Made by a program: the position numbers and the translations under genes. This document shows positions 12,570-25,196 of a DNA stretch of 64,000 bases, one piece after another. The stretch spans positions 57,722,001 to 57,786,000 of the forward strand of contig CM059427.1 in the NCBI GenBank assembly GCA_030390025.1, given 5' to 3'. The notes beneath the pieces were generated by a model. The model was not told the DNA's origin. It searched no databases and saw only the letters and a program-made list of their open reading frames with translations. This DNA is from Squalus acanthias. Lineage: Eukaryota. Position 1 is the first letter of the stretch, and every line of letters begins with the position of its first letter.

Positions 12570-12802
12570 ATGGAAAGGGTGGGGGAAGAACAAAAGCGAA
12601 GGTCTGTGATAGGGTGGGACATCTGCCTCTGTATTTGCTTAAAACCTGTTACATCTCTAACTTTTACAGTTCTGATGAAAGGTCAGCGACCTGAAACGTT
12701 AACTCTGTTTCTCTCTCCACAGATGCTGCCTGACTTGCTGAGTGTTTCCAGCATTTTCTGTTTTTATTGCAGATTTCCAGCACCCGCAGTTTCTTGCTTT
12801 TG
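12570..12802 (-). repeat. Penelope-like repeat fragment
   Basis: Reverse complement of the 8745-8912 motif (CTGAAACGTTAACTCTGTTTCTCTCTCCACAGATGCTGCCTGACTTGCTGAGTGTTTCCAGCA). Confidence 0.6.
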
Positions 12803-13507
12803 TTCCAGAAGGATAAAGCTGCTTCATAACCTCCCCACACAGAGAATGACGGAGGCTGCTCCTTTAAGGAAGAGCTGAGAAATGTCTCTGTTCATAGTGT
12901 GCGCAGGTGCAAGGTGTTATGTGTAGCCTTAAATAAAGAAATGAACGACATTTGCCAGTCAGCAGCTCCGAGGAGCTGGGAAATACTGCACTCTCTCCAG
13001 CTCTGCACATTTTGTTGGACTTGCGCTGGTCCAGCCCAGGTGCATCTCATTTACAGTAAACTACACAAATCCATTACTGAACTGGACCAAATAATACCTG
13101 GCTTTGACTTTAACCACTGACATTTTTTTTAAATTTGAACACAGCCAAATTGAGAGGGGAAAAAAAAAATACACCACTTGCCATGTAACTTGAGTATTTC
13201 TTCACAAGGGAGAGATCGCGAATTAAGTGTAGTGCTAACATTCCCTGAAGAAAAGATTACGTTGTGAAGCTGGCACTGTCATTTGCAATCCTCACTGTTT
13301 TGCAATAAAATCATACGGACAGTGTATACGGATTGTGCACGCTAGATTTTGTTGCTCTGGCACATTAAACAAAATGGTAGCAAATTTTATGCTATAATAT
13401 TTTAGAGAGGAAACAAACTTTGACAGAAAAATTGACCGAAACCAGAATCAGTTGCTGATGCTGTAACGCTCACAGGAGCACAGTACTCCCCTGTGCCATT
13501 CGATCCG

Positions 13508-13915
13508 AGGTGGCTCAGTTGGTAAAGCCAACAGCCTAGAATGGAACTGAGCTGTGCAAAGCAGAAAAGTCCCCAGTTCAATCCCCAGTCTGTGCTGTAA
13601 CAGCGGATCTCAGGCCGGGCAGTGGTAGAACTGATAAATTGGCGTCGGTGCTCCTAGCCTTGGGACGTTTTACTACGTTAAAGGCGCTATAGCAATGCAA
13701 GTTGTTGTTGTTGTTGTACTCGGCAGCAGGGGGGCGGGGGTGGAGAAATCAGCCAGTGTTGACTGCTATCCAGTGACTCCTGTTGCACTTGTGTGGACAC
13801 TGGGCGATCCGCTGACTCTCAACTGTGCCACTTGAATAAAGTATCGGAGCGGGTACCCAGTGCCCTAGGGGACTGTACCCCAGCATGAGGCAGCACATTC
13901 AGGAGGGAAAATAAA
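13508..13915 (+). mobile_element. SINE-like family X copy with a tRNA-like head
   Basis: A-box-like TGGCTCAGTTGG and B-box-like GTTCAATCCCC, then AAATCAGCCAG..GCTATCCAGTGAC..CTGTACCCCAGCATGAG. Confidence 0.75.
13658..13716 (+). mobile_element. Very short L2 3' tail nested in a SINE
   Basis: CCTTGGGACGTTTTACTACGTTAAAGGCGCTATA..ATGCAAG(TTG)n is nearly identical to 31042-31098. Confidence 0.8.
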
Positions 13916-15139
13916 TTGTATCACCAAGATGCACAGTACAATATTACTGCAGCCTTTCTGACCTGGTGCAACATTGGCTCTGCGGTTTGAGTTACATGGT
14001 ACGTCAGTGAGCGTCGTTTGCTTGTGTGGGTCAGGTGATTGAGCCACTCACCGCACTACTCTGCTACCTGTGAATTTCTCGCACCAGGCAAGTTTTTTTT
14101 TTTAAAAAGGTTATATGCTATGAAAAGCAGCATATATATTTTGGCATGTGTTACAAAGCAATAACAAGTCTCAGGAGTTCAGCGGACATTGACTAACCAG
14201 TTCTTGTGGTTTGTCAACAGGATCTGAACCCCTTTTGTCTCTGTGTGTTAGTTACTGCTTTCTAACATGCTGCTCACTATGTATTATCCTGAATGCACTT
14301 CCCAAGTTTGATTTTCCTCTTATGCTGGAGTTTACACCATTTGGAATGTGAACAGACTTCAATAGAAAACTAAAGCGAACAAGCATGATCAGAAAAGTAC
14401 AGTAACTTATTCAAATGCCAATGATACAGTACATTATGTACCAGTACATTAAAACTGGGGAGTGCATAATTAAAGGGGGAAATAATGAAATGATATATAT
14501 ATAGTATTCCAGTTAATAAGGCCTGTCTAGAATAACTTTATGTCAGGAGCTGGTGGTGAATGTGTGATGCTACAAGCAGTTTTGCTTTGATCGCCCACAC
14601 ATGATAATGGACACATGCTGAATTATACTGACTAGCTTGTCACTACCACTTAGGTCGCACGGCGGAGTGCTGCCTATTTCTTAGAAAACACTTTTAAAAT
14701 GAAAGAATTCCAAAAATAGATAAAGGGGAATTATATTCGACTGAATTACTCTATAATCCTAAATGTTATAAGGGAGATACCTGTACACTTATCGGTGCCT
14801 CGCGGTCTCTTAGTTACCTCTTGCTGCCCTGTTTTTCGTTTTACAAACCACTGGTTTGAGGCAGCCAAGCAGCAGACATTGTGTCTAGAGCTCATCCTCA
14901 GGTGACATCATGGATGGAGACAGTGGTTTGTGGGCAGCAGTCCACATTCATGATGTCAAGTGAAGCAAAAATTCATGATTATGGTCGTAATTCATGGACA
15001 GCAAGAAGCGACTGAAAGGCTACAGAGTAGTGTACCTCTTTAATATACATAGGATTCCAGAGCAATTTGTGAGAATGTGTTTCTCCTTGAACGCTATAGT
15101 AAGCTAGATATTTAGAGGTTCAAAACAATGGTTCCAACC

Positions 15140-15545
15140 AAACACAGGCCAGAATGATCCCAGGTTTAATCCCCCAAGTCTGTGCCGATTTAGCCGATGA
15201 CAGTATGCAGTGCAACAAGTGGTCTCAGCAACCCTGGACTAGGGCTAGAGATACCACGCAGGGTTGCTGCTCCTCTCCACTGTCCAGTGTCCCCTGGTGG
15301 AAAGTGTGCATGTGTGGCCATCAGGTGAGGTCAGGATTAGACCCAGCTGTAAGCAATTCCCCTGCACACACCCCCCGCGCCCAGCTCCCCCCACCCAATG
15401 GTTGAATAGCTTGATGACATTCCCTGTTTAGACTCACACATGCAGAATGGCCACATGGGCAAGGCCCTGGAGGATACCCAGCAGCTGTAGAACCTTGCGC
15501 CAGCATGAGTTAGCACCTTCAGGAGAGGCGATAATTGGATGGGTG
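15140..15545 (+). mobile_element. SINE-like family X copy
   Basis: Contains CAGGTTTAATCCCC..TCAGGTGAGG..CTCACACATGCAGAATGGCCAC..CAGCATGAGTTAGCACCTTCAGGAGAGG. Confidence 0.75.
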
Positions 15546-15749
15546 GAGGTGGCAGGGGCTTTTTTAAATAAATCTTTCATGCAATTATGTAATATTTGAA
15601 TAAGCCATCCCTGTCCCTCCCAAATCTTTAAAACATTATATTCCAGCAATGTTCCCAAACTCTTGCCAGGGTTGTAGGAAATGTTGACGAAAGGTTTGAA
15701 CTAATTTTTAAACAAAATTCACAACTAAAGCAAGTGTAATTCAGTCACA

Positions 15750-15970
15750 TTCATGTACTCTCACACACATTCTTACACCCTCTTTCTCTCACATACACAC
15801 ATTCTCTCTCTTATGTACAAAACATACATACCTGCACACACTCTTGCATACTTATGCTCCACACTCTTGCACACTTACACTCACACACACACATTCACTT
15901 ACAGACAAGCGACACCACACTTATGCACTCACCCTCCCCTGCAAATACATTGACAGGCACACATACACCA
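15750..15970. repeat. Decayed (CA/CT)n low-complexity tract
   Basis: CACACA- and CTCTCT-rich sequence. Confidence 0.7.
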
Positions 15971-17584
15971 ACATTCGCAAACTGCTCCGTGATTAGAATT
16001 CCATTTTCACTCAAGTTCTTCTCAGTCCCGAAGTTGTCACCAATATTTCATTCTGGGTAAAAGCTGAGCTGAGTTGTTTTCTTTGCAGGAGGTATTATTT
16101 AAGGGGTGGCGGGGGTGGGGGGAGTGGATGGTGAGGAGAATTGGTTTTAAGAGTAGAAGTGAATGCGCATCAAACACCTCATTACAACAAAGGTTGTGTC
16201 AGGACCCTCAATCACAACTCCGTCACCAGATATTCCAACCTTCCCAGGCAGTTACCTAGGCAGCAGCAAAAAGTCCTACCGTGAAAAGAATACTCACATA
16301 GACACAAAAAAAGGGGTTGAGGTGGTGATTGTCATGCAGACGCCCTTTCTTATGGAGTTCCTTTGCCTAAGAAAATGTGTGCGCAAGTTTCTTTTTAAAG
16401 TGGAACAGCCACCACCACTATCACATAAATCCTTCCTTTTCCCTAATTCCCTGTTAGCTCCTAGGTTCACAGATATGTAACCACAATTAACATGCGCTGG
16501 CTAGGGATTTACACAGCCGCCATCCTTCAGGCTGTATCCTGATGAAGTAGTATATTATTTCAGCTGGTAGTTCAACAAAGCTTTGGGATGAGACTGATTG
16601 ATTAAGACCAGATGGATGGCCACACATAGGTGCGACAAAAATAGAACACATTGCAGACATTCCTGGCACTGCCCTTCTAAGGACAGGGGAGGTGACAGAC
16701 CGCGTCTACCTTATCTACCTCCTGATGGGCCTTCGGAGACAGGAATGTTAGACTGTGGCAGGGATGGAGAGAGAAGGGGCAGTACAAGAGAATGGCAGAA
16801 GACCTTAGGTTTCCTGCTTTCTGGGTCAGTCATGTCATGGTGTCTCTCTCTCTCTCCCCCCCGCAGCATGAAGTTTCACTTAATGTTCTGCCGGAGCCAA
16901 AGCCGTTACCAAGTTGTTATAAATCGTCTTGGATTTCACTGTCGAGTCTGTGGAACTACTGATCTCCGGCTGGCATCTCCGGTAGCTGTGCACTGCCTGC
17001 AGGGCATGATGGATGGTGGACCCCTGTCCTGATGCTGTCTACTCTGAGGGGAAAAAAAACTTTTCTTCTGCCCCCTTCAGTAAAAAAAAAACCCCGCATT
17101 CAGTCAGTATCACAGATGTGCTTTGAAGAGTGGAGGCCTATCAAAACATTTAGATTACAATCCAATTCATCTATGCACTAAAGAAGAACCTTACGATTTT
17201 CCAACAATTACTATTCATTTATAAAAGGCAGAAAGTAATCCAATGCCTCACTGTTAAACAATGCTCCTAATTCCTTTCCACCAGTCATATGTTTGATAAA
17301 CCTGTGCTTCCTCATATCACAATGGGTGAAATTAGTGATGTGACATTCTCTGCAAAACAAACCTATGCATTAATTAAAAACCCAAATTATCTAGATTATT
17401 GTATTAAAATTAGACAGGACGGTGTTACAAGTTAGGAACATGGTAAGGGTGCAATATTTAAAATGGTCAAGTTCTAGTTTCATGCTTTCTGAGACCATTT
17501 TCACTAGATATGTTAGTGCCTTCTCCTCCTAATCCATTATTTGTCTATAGATATAGATGGATAGAATGTCTTTATTACGCATCT

Positions 17585-17854
17585 AGGGTCGCCAACCCTC
17601 CAGGATTGTCCTGCAATCTCCAGGAATTAAAGATTAATCTCCTGGACACTGCTGCGAGCAACCCGGGAGTAAAATCATAGGGGCCTTAGAAAAAAGTGTA
17701 GTTTTTTTTTCATTTTCTTTGAACGCTTTCATTTAGTAGTTATAAAATTATTGGAGATGGGGGAGAAAGGCTGTGTGACTGGGCGGGGCGGTTGGAGACG
17801 GGAGGTCATGTGATGTAACCTCCACAAATACATCCAACCAGAGTTGGCAACCCA
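17585..17854. mobile_element. 270-bp MITE, probably hAT superfamily
   Basis: TIRs AGGGTCGCCAAC / GTTGGCAACCCA (10 of 12 match), flanked by a degenerate 8-bp direct repeat ACGCATCT (17577-17584) / ACGTACCT (17855-17862). Confidence 0.75.
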
Positions 17855-18029
17855 ACGTACCTGCAAGTCTGCACTGCACCAAAAACAAAATATTAAACAC
17901 TTAATTTAATGAATGTAAGCCAGGTCCGATTTTCATCACCATAAAAAAATTTTTAAACTAGGCCTCGGCTTTACTGTTGAGTTGTATTTTCAACAGATTT
18001 TTGTGTCAAACAACAAACGTGGCACACCA

Positions 18030-18325
18030 TATTACATAGAATTAGATAGTATTTACAGCATAGAAACAGGCCATTCAGCTCAACAGGTCTATGCCGATGT
18101 TTATGTTCCACACAAGCCTCCTCCCAACTTACTTCATCTAATCCTATCAGCATATCCTTATATTCCTTTCCCCCTCATGTACTTATCTAGGTTCCTCTTA
18201 AATGCCTCTCTACTATTCGCCTCAACCACTCCCTGTGGTAGCGTGTTCCACATTCTCACCACTCTCTGAGTAAAGAAGTTTCTCCTGAATTTCTTGTTGG
18301 ATTTGTTCGTGACTATTTTATATTT
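18030..18325 (-). mobile_element. CR1 LINE 3' end fragment
   Basis: Encodes RRNFFTQRVVRMWNTLPQGVVEANSREAFKRNLDKYM (CR1 ORF2 C-terminus), followed by a 3' UTR. Confidence 0.9.
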
Positions 18326-19644
18326 ATGCAGTGAGTGTGAACACATACTATCCTCAAAACCGCAAAGATGATTTTTAAGATTCTATTCAAAGTTCTATAA
18401 TCAGTTAACAACCATTGCAGTATTTTCAGAAGCATCATCTGAAAGCTTGGGAAATGTGAGTAAATGTTTATTCCAGAATGGTTGAAACTAAAGCTCAGTA
18501 GCCACTGACATCTGCAGCTGCTCCAGAGCTGACTTTATCTCTCATTCATAATTTTTCACAATAGCTGTATTTGAATGCATGCTCCAAAAATAACAATGGC
18601 TGCTATTTAATACCCCATGCAGCAAAATAAGATGGGATTTAAAAAAAAAATATTGGAACTGTTGTTCTGAATATAGTGGCCTCAACCCTATCTCAGTTAG
18701 CTACAAGGTGTTTGCTGATCTGTCACATTTCTTTTGTACATCAACACAATGTAAAGAAATAAAATTTAGTCCAGAAATTTACTATCATCGAGGGAAATGC
18801 AAGTGGTCAGGGTTCAATACTGTAGATTGCAACGTTACATTGATTTACTGGAATTTTTGCTTGATTACCTTTGGGGATCAGGTAGACATTTCACTGGAGT
18901 CTTCTCTCCTTGGTAGTTTTCCCTGTGCTTTCTAACCTTTATCAGGAGACTAAAGAACTTGTGGAGAGTCCATAACAGAATGAATTGAACATGGCCTGTT
19001 GGAAGGAATATGTTTGATGCGCCAATGGCTTTTCACATTCCAGACTTTAGTTTCTTAATAAAAGACTGAATAATTTGGAGACGTTACATGGTTGTCTCTG
19101 GGATTCTAACTATACCGTGCAAGGGTCCTTATCTTGTATACTTTATTACCAAGATCCTGAGTGGAATATTTTCTGTATCAGTAATCTGTATTAATTTAAG
19201 GTGAGCTGGCAATTCACTTTATTTTACACCTTTGTCAGACACATAGGGGGTGATTTTAACCCAACTTGCAGAACTGGGCGGATTGGCACTTAAAATTGCC
19301 CAGGTCACTTACCTGACCTGGAGCCACCGGTAGCTGACCGTACGCGATTTTAACCTGCTTAACTGAGTGGGCGACACGGAGACCTGCCTAAAATTGGCAG
19401 GGTCCCTTATTAATATATGCATGCCAGGTCCCGCTGACACCATTGGGACCCGACTGCAATTTTTACTATGCAGCCTGAGTGGGAAGAGGCAGTGAGTTTC
19501 CCGCCGGGCCAACCCAGCAACGAAGAAGATCAGGGCCAGAAGAGGCCCAAAAAAGTAAGTTTAACAATTTTTTTTTTACTTTCCTTGTGGGAGCAGGGGT
19601 GCTTCTCCAGGTCCCACAAGAAAAGCCCCCCGCAACTCCTTAGG

Positions 19645-19863
19645 ACATAAGAACATAAGAAATAGGAGCAGGAATAGGCCACTTGGCCCCTCGAGCCTGC
19701 TCCGCCATTCAAGAAGATCATGGCTGATCTTGGCCTCAAAGCCACTTCCCCGCCCGCTCCCCATAACCCTTCACTCCCTTATCTTGCAAAAATTTGTCTA
19801 TCTCCACCTTAAATGTATTCAATGACCCAGCCTCCACAGCTCTCGGGGGCAGAGAATTCCACA
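19645..19863 (-). mobile_element. CR1 LINE 3' end fragment (different subfamily)
   Basis: Terminal (TTCTTATG)n repeat and a CR1-type 3' UTR (GAATGGCGGAGCAGGCTCGAGGGGCC...CCTGCTCCTAT). Confidence 0.88.
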
Positions 19864-19904
19864 ACCCACCCCACCCCACCCCCGCCCCTGCCGATCACGG
19901 TTGT

Positions 19905-20157
19905 TCAGGTGGACATTTAAGTGGTACTATTTAAAGAAAAGTAGGGAGTTCTCCCAGTGTCCTGGTCAACATTCCTCCCTCAAAGAACAGCACATTAACG
20001 GTTTATTCACCTTATCGCTGTTTGTGGGATACCAGTGTGTGTAAAATGGCTGCCACATTTGTCAATATAATAAAGTAATTCATCGTATGTGAAGCATTTT
20101 GCGATGTTTTTGAGAGACGTGATAAGCTGCCATAAAAAAGCAAGTTCTTTTCCTTTT
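19905..20157 (+). mobile_element. Degraded Deu-domain SINE
   Basis: Contains CAGGTGGAC..GGGGAGTTCTCCCAGTGTCCTGGTCAACATT..GCTGTTTGTGGGA..AAAATGGCTGCC. Confidence 0.7.
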
Positions 20158-23039
20158 TATAGTGTGCTGCTATCTCCTACAAAGCCCCAATTTGTTGGAT
20201 TATATCTTACTCAAAACAGTTCATGGCATAAATAAGATGTACATTTAATAAGGTTTATTGCTAACAGAATTTAACTTCAACATATTAAGTCCAACAACAT
20301 AGATTTGGTAAAAACAGTATGCTGGATGTAGATATATCATTGCAAGGCCAGATGCTAAAGTCCGGCTTAGACTGTGGCTGAAAGAATTATTCTACCATAT
20401 ACAGCAGCCTAAGAGCAACAGGAAAAAAAGAGTTTAACATCCAAATAAATAACAATCCTTTCCCATTTACCTCATTTTCTTCAGTTACAAATCTCAATAT
20501 TCCAGATATTTCCACAGCAGGCAGCTGTATTAAAAAGCACCAAGACAACTCTCAGGTGGAAGTTATAAATATTGTGCATTAGCAAGTCTTAGTTATTTAG
20601 AGCTTATATGATGAAAGAGCCAGATTTAACCTTTCAGTTACCATCTTACTATGGACCCAATTGTACAGCAACTAGACTGAGATACAATGATGTGTTACAG
20701 CCCCTCTCAATCACTCGTACACCACAGACTAGCTCTACAACAATTGGAGTGATTTGAAACAATTTTGAGCAACTCTGGGTTTAAACGCAGTTCGAAATGG
20801 CAAGCAGTTAATGTTAAATAATGTTCTATATGGAGAAATGAATTCTTTTGGACTTTTCAATCTAATCTCCAACTAACATGGTGATATTGGTGAAGATTCC
20901 AATGCTCTGAAGGCTGCTTGATGCTTCAGGATATTTGCAAGACTATAAAGTTGCTCGAGATCTTCATTGTTCGGTTTCATCATTGCTTATTGCTAATGAA
21001 TAAACACTATCTGGTTCTTCCGCTTCCTCGAATTGTACTTTCTAATTTATTTGACAGAAAATGTGCACATACAGCGGCATCCTGTAATCAGCACTTTTAG
21101 TCTTCCAGTCAGAGGAGAGAAAAAAAAGTGAGAATAAGCCTCAATTGACAGTAACAAGGCTCAGTCACAATAAGATGTTTATCACAGACTGGAGGTATAC
21201 TGCAGCCAATACAAACTCAAAGTAACGGGTGATTTGACACCCAGGTTCTACTGGCACTTTTGCATGAAAGTGCACCCAAAACCACCTCACGTCAAAAGTA
21301 ACAGCTTAACTACATTTGCGGAGGACTGCTTCTGTCATTTTATGGAGACCTTTTTGCTTAGAGAGAGCTGTGAACACTTGGATCTGACTGGGTGGTAAGA
21401 AAATAATAATTAAACTGTATACAGCTATTAACAGTTGGGGTAAAATAAATTTGAAAAAGTGACAGTAGGAGGGAAAGGATAATAAAACTGTGACATTGGT
21501 TTGAAAAAATAAATGGGAGAATCTATAGAAGAAAATTAGAACTGTAGAAAGTGTACAGCGCAGTACACTGTGTGTATAATTAGAAGGACAGGTATTAAAA
21601 TGTTATTTCTATGTTGTGACTGAAACATGATTCTACCTCTTACTGCACCAAAAAGGGTTTTTATAACATGCAAATAAATAATTTCAATCTGTTCCATTTA
21701 ACTAATTTCCTGTCAAGTTGCTTATTTATTTTTTAAACCTTTTATTAGACTGAGGTATGGATAAGGTAATTACTGAAAAATCTAAGGTTTGGAAACTTGT
21801 CTTCCACCAGCAACAGGAAACTATAAACAGTACCCAGAGCGAGGCATCCATTTTACACGATGATAAAGGACACTAGTGGGCTCAGTGAGGGAAAAGGTAA
21901 ACCAATGTCGTAAGTAAAAAAAAAGAATGGTTTGTATGCTAAACTATACAGGCAAGCCACACAACATTATTAAAATGATTAAATATTAATTTTACCACAG
22001 CGTAGTAACTATGATTGACTGCAAGTGTTGACTATTTTTCTTAAGTTTTTGCAGCAAGAGAGCGACCATGTGCAGGAAGACACTCAACCTCCATCACATC
22101 ACTCCTGGATGCACAGCCAGCCTTTCACCACCTGAGACAGATCACGGCGCATGTTACACTCACTCATGCACACCAAGCAATACACAAGTTCAGTGTAAAG
22201 CGACTTTAAAAGCTCAACGGGCACGTACTTTGCTTGTATGAAATACCTTATTCATGACAGAGCAGCAAGTGCCTAGNNNNNNNNNNNNNNNNNNNNNNNN
22301 NNNNNNNNNNNNNNNNNNNNNNNNNNNNNNNNNNNNNNNNNNNNNNNNNNNNNNNNNNNNNNNNNNNNNNNNNNNNNNNNNNNNNNNNNNNNNNNNNNNN
22401 NNNNNNNNTTAAAGTTTGATGAGTTAGCGGCAGAACGCTTCCGAGCTGCTGCAGAAGAGCCGCTTATTTTGCCAAAATTATTTAAGATGAAGGGAGCAGG
22501 AAGAGAAAGAGAGAGAGAGAGAGTGAGGAAAAAAAGGATATATAAATAGGGAATGGTTGGGATACAGAACTGGAACGATGACACTGGTAAAAGCATCCAG
22601 TTTACAAATGGTGCCAGACTGCCACTTGTGAACTGCAATCTGACAGGGGCGATTTGATATCATAGCTCTGCTTCAGTCTAATTTATTGCATATATAGGAC
22701 ACAACTCCCTGTGTACTCATTTCACAGTTTTTCAAATGAAATTACTTTCATACAGTATTTCCCAACATACCCCTTATATGAAAGTCAGAGAAAACATTAT
22801 TAAAATTTATGCAAGGAGGTATTATTATGTTTGATCAACCCACAGATGGCAATGTATTCAAATCCTTAATACAGTCAGCAGTAGGTTTAAATGCAAACCT
22901 TTATTTTACCCTTTCTCTTTGATGAAAGGTTCCAACCCACAACCGTCTCCCATTCCCCACCCGACATCAGGAAAAAAAACTTTTGAGGTGTGAATTTATC
23001 ATCTAGCAGCTATTAGATACATTCTCAAAACTGCTGGCC

Positions 23040-23520
23040 ACCAAAACACACACACAGAAACACACACAGAAAGATACATGCACAAACACACAGAAACACA
23101 CACACATGGAAACAAACACACACGCACANNNNNNNNNNNNNNNNNNNNNNNNNNNNNNNNNNNNNNNNNNNNNNNNNNNNNNNNNNNNNNNNNNNNNNNN
23201 NNNNNNNNNNNNNNNNNNNNNNNNNNNNNNNNNNNNNNNNNNNNNNNNNNNNNNNNNNNNNNNNNNNNNNNNNNNNNNNNNNNNNNNNNNNNNNNNNNNN
23301 NNNNNNNNNNNNNNNNNNNNNNNNNNNNNNNNNNNNNNNNNNNNNNNNNNNNNNNNNNNNNNNNNNNNNNNNNNNNNNNNNNNNNNNNNNNNNNNNNNNN
23401 NNNNNNNNNACACAGAAACACAGAAACACACACAGAAAGACACACACGAACACAAGCACACACAGAAACACATACACACACCAACACACAAAAAAGAAAG
23501 ACACACACGAACACACACAC
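23040..23520. repeat. CA/CAGAAA-rich tandem repeat containing an N-gap (23129-23409)
   Basis: ACACACAGAA-type units on both sides of the gap. Confidence 0.9.
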
Positions 23521-24319
23521 GTGTGCAGCGCACAATCACAAAATCTATGGTCAAATTTGCTGATTAAAGACTACAGACACACGAGTTGTGGCAGACTAAC
23601 CTTCGACTGAAACACCTGCTAGCTGCCCAGACTCTGGGAGAGAAAAAAACAGCATGTAAATCAACATTGGGAATGAGATGGCTGACACTGTGTATAAAAT
23701 CAGAGTTTTTTATGTAGAATCTTCATTTCATCCAGACTCCCTGCGCTTGTTCACCAATATATTATCATTTCCAAAGAGGACAACTTTACCAAACAATACC
23801 ATGTTTGGCTGCTCTCAACTCCCTGAAGAATTGGCAAAATGGCGCTGCCGCATTCTTCATTTAACAATATGACATTGTGTTAGAAACTATTTATTTTTTT
23901 AAAGCCGGAGGTGCATTAAAAAAAAATCTGCCTGGACGTTGCAGTCTGAAGCTTTTGAAAGGCAGCTTACAAAAGCTATTTTGCTTTTGCAAGAAGAGTA
24001 AATACTTTTTTTTTAGCCGGGGGTATTGGGTGGGGGGGGGGAGGAGGCGGTTGGGGGGGGGGGCTGATGGGGGAGGCGGTGTGGGAGTCTCCAAGTTAGA
24101 ACAAAGAGCTGAAGGAAGAGTTGAAAGATAATGGTTCATTATGTTATTTGCAACAAAAAAAAGAGAAAAAGTAAAGTCCACTGCCTTTTTGCTTTGGATG
24201 TGGTACATATGCTCCGAGGAATGCAAACCACTGGCCACATTGGATTTTCTATGTTGCTTTTTTTTCCCTTTTCACTCCAGGATTTAAACAAAGGGAAACA
24301 ATTTTTACTTCTCAAACAA

Positions 24320-24700
24320 AGACTTCCCCTGAGCGGACCCCCTGCCCAGCAGGTCACCTATCTTTGCGACAGTTTTTCTTTTCCCACGCTAACCCCGGGG
24401 CTCATTTGCATAAGGACTCTGTTGTGACAATTAGTTTCAGGTGAGCTGATTTCTATGAATCTGGGCCCAAGACATTGCAGCTACTCCAGGCCTCCCTGAT
24501 GCCTTTCCTAATTGCGACTGACTGGCACCAGACACAATCGCCCTCTTGAATCAGCAAATTGTCGTCCCAAGTAACATGTTGCGACCTCGTATTGCACGAA
24601 TCATATCACTGCGCGCAGTGAGGTAAACAAGGAATAATGCGAATTCAAAGCCCAGCACACTAGCCAGCTGATCCTCCTCTTTCACTTCCTGACTGCTGCA
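24320..24700. promoter_or_regulatory. Candidate intronic enhancer/CNE
   Basis: Octamer ATTTGCAT (24404), E-box CAGGTG, FOX GTAAACA, a 16-bp palindrome and retained CpGs. Conservation not verified. Confidence 0.55.
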
Positions 24701-25163
24701 AGTTAAAAAAAAAAGCTGTTCTGCTTGGTGCCTGGGCATCTTTCTGTCACATTTCTGGAGCACTGTCAAGTTCCTGTGTACCGAAATGTATAATTATCAT
24801 GTATCCGTGAGGGAGTGTGTAATTTTCACCAATGATGAAAGGGATCCAAGACCACTAAAGCTGCCCCCGTCTCAGTCCTACAATGAAGTTTTTTTTTTCT
24901 ATCCTTTTATTTTTGTGTTGTTTTGTCTCCCCGCCACCCCCCCTCCCCCCAACCGCCCCACACACACTCGCATAGACCCACACCTTTTGGCAAGGCAGCT
25001 CAAACAGATGCCGGAGGTAGCAGCATCGGAACACGAGCGACAAGTCTTCTTTTAAAAGCGGAGCCATTCGTTGTAACAATAATATTTTTTTTTTAAACGC
25101 TATCAATCTGCAATTTTTACCACACTCCAGAGTCCTCTCTCACCCCCTTCCTTAAAAAAATAA

Positions 25164-25196
<33 letters not shown>

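Noticed and set aside
19243-19640. GC-rich repeat-like segments (also 63040-63275)
   Set aside because: Probably interspersed repeat fragments, but I could not define termini or family from this window.
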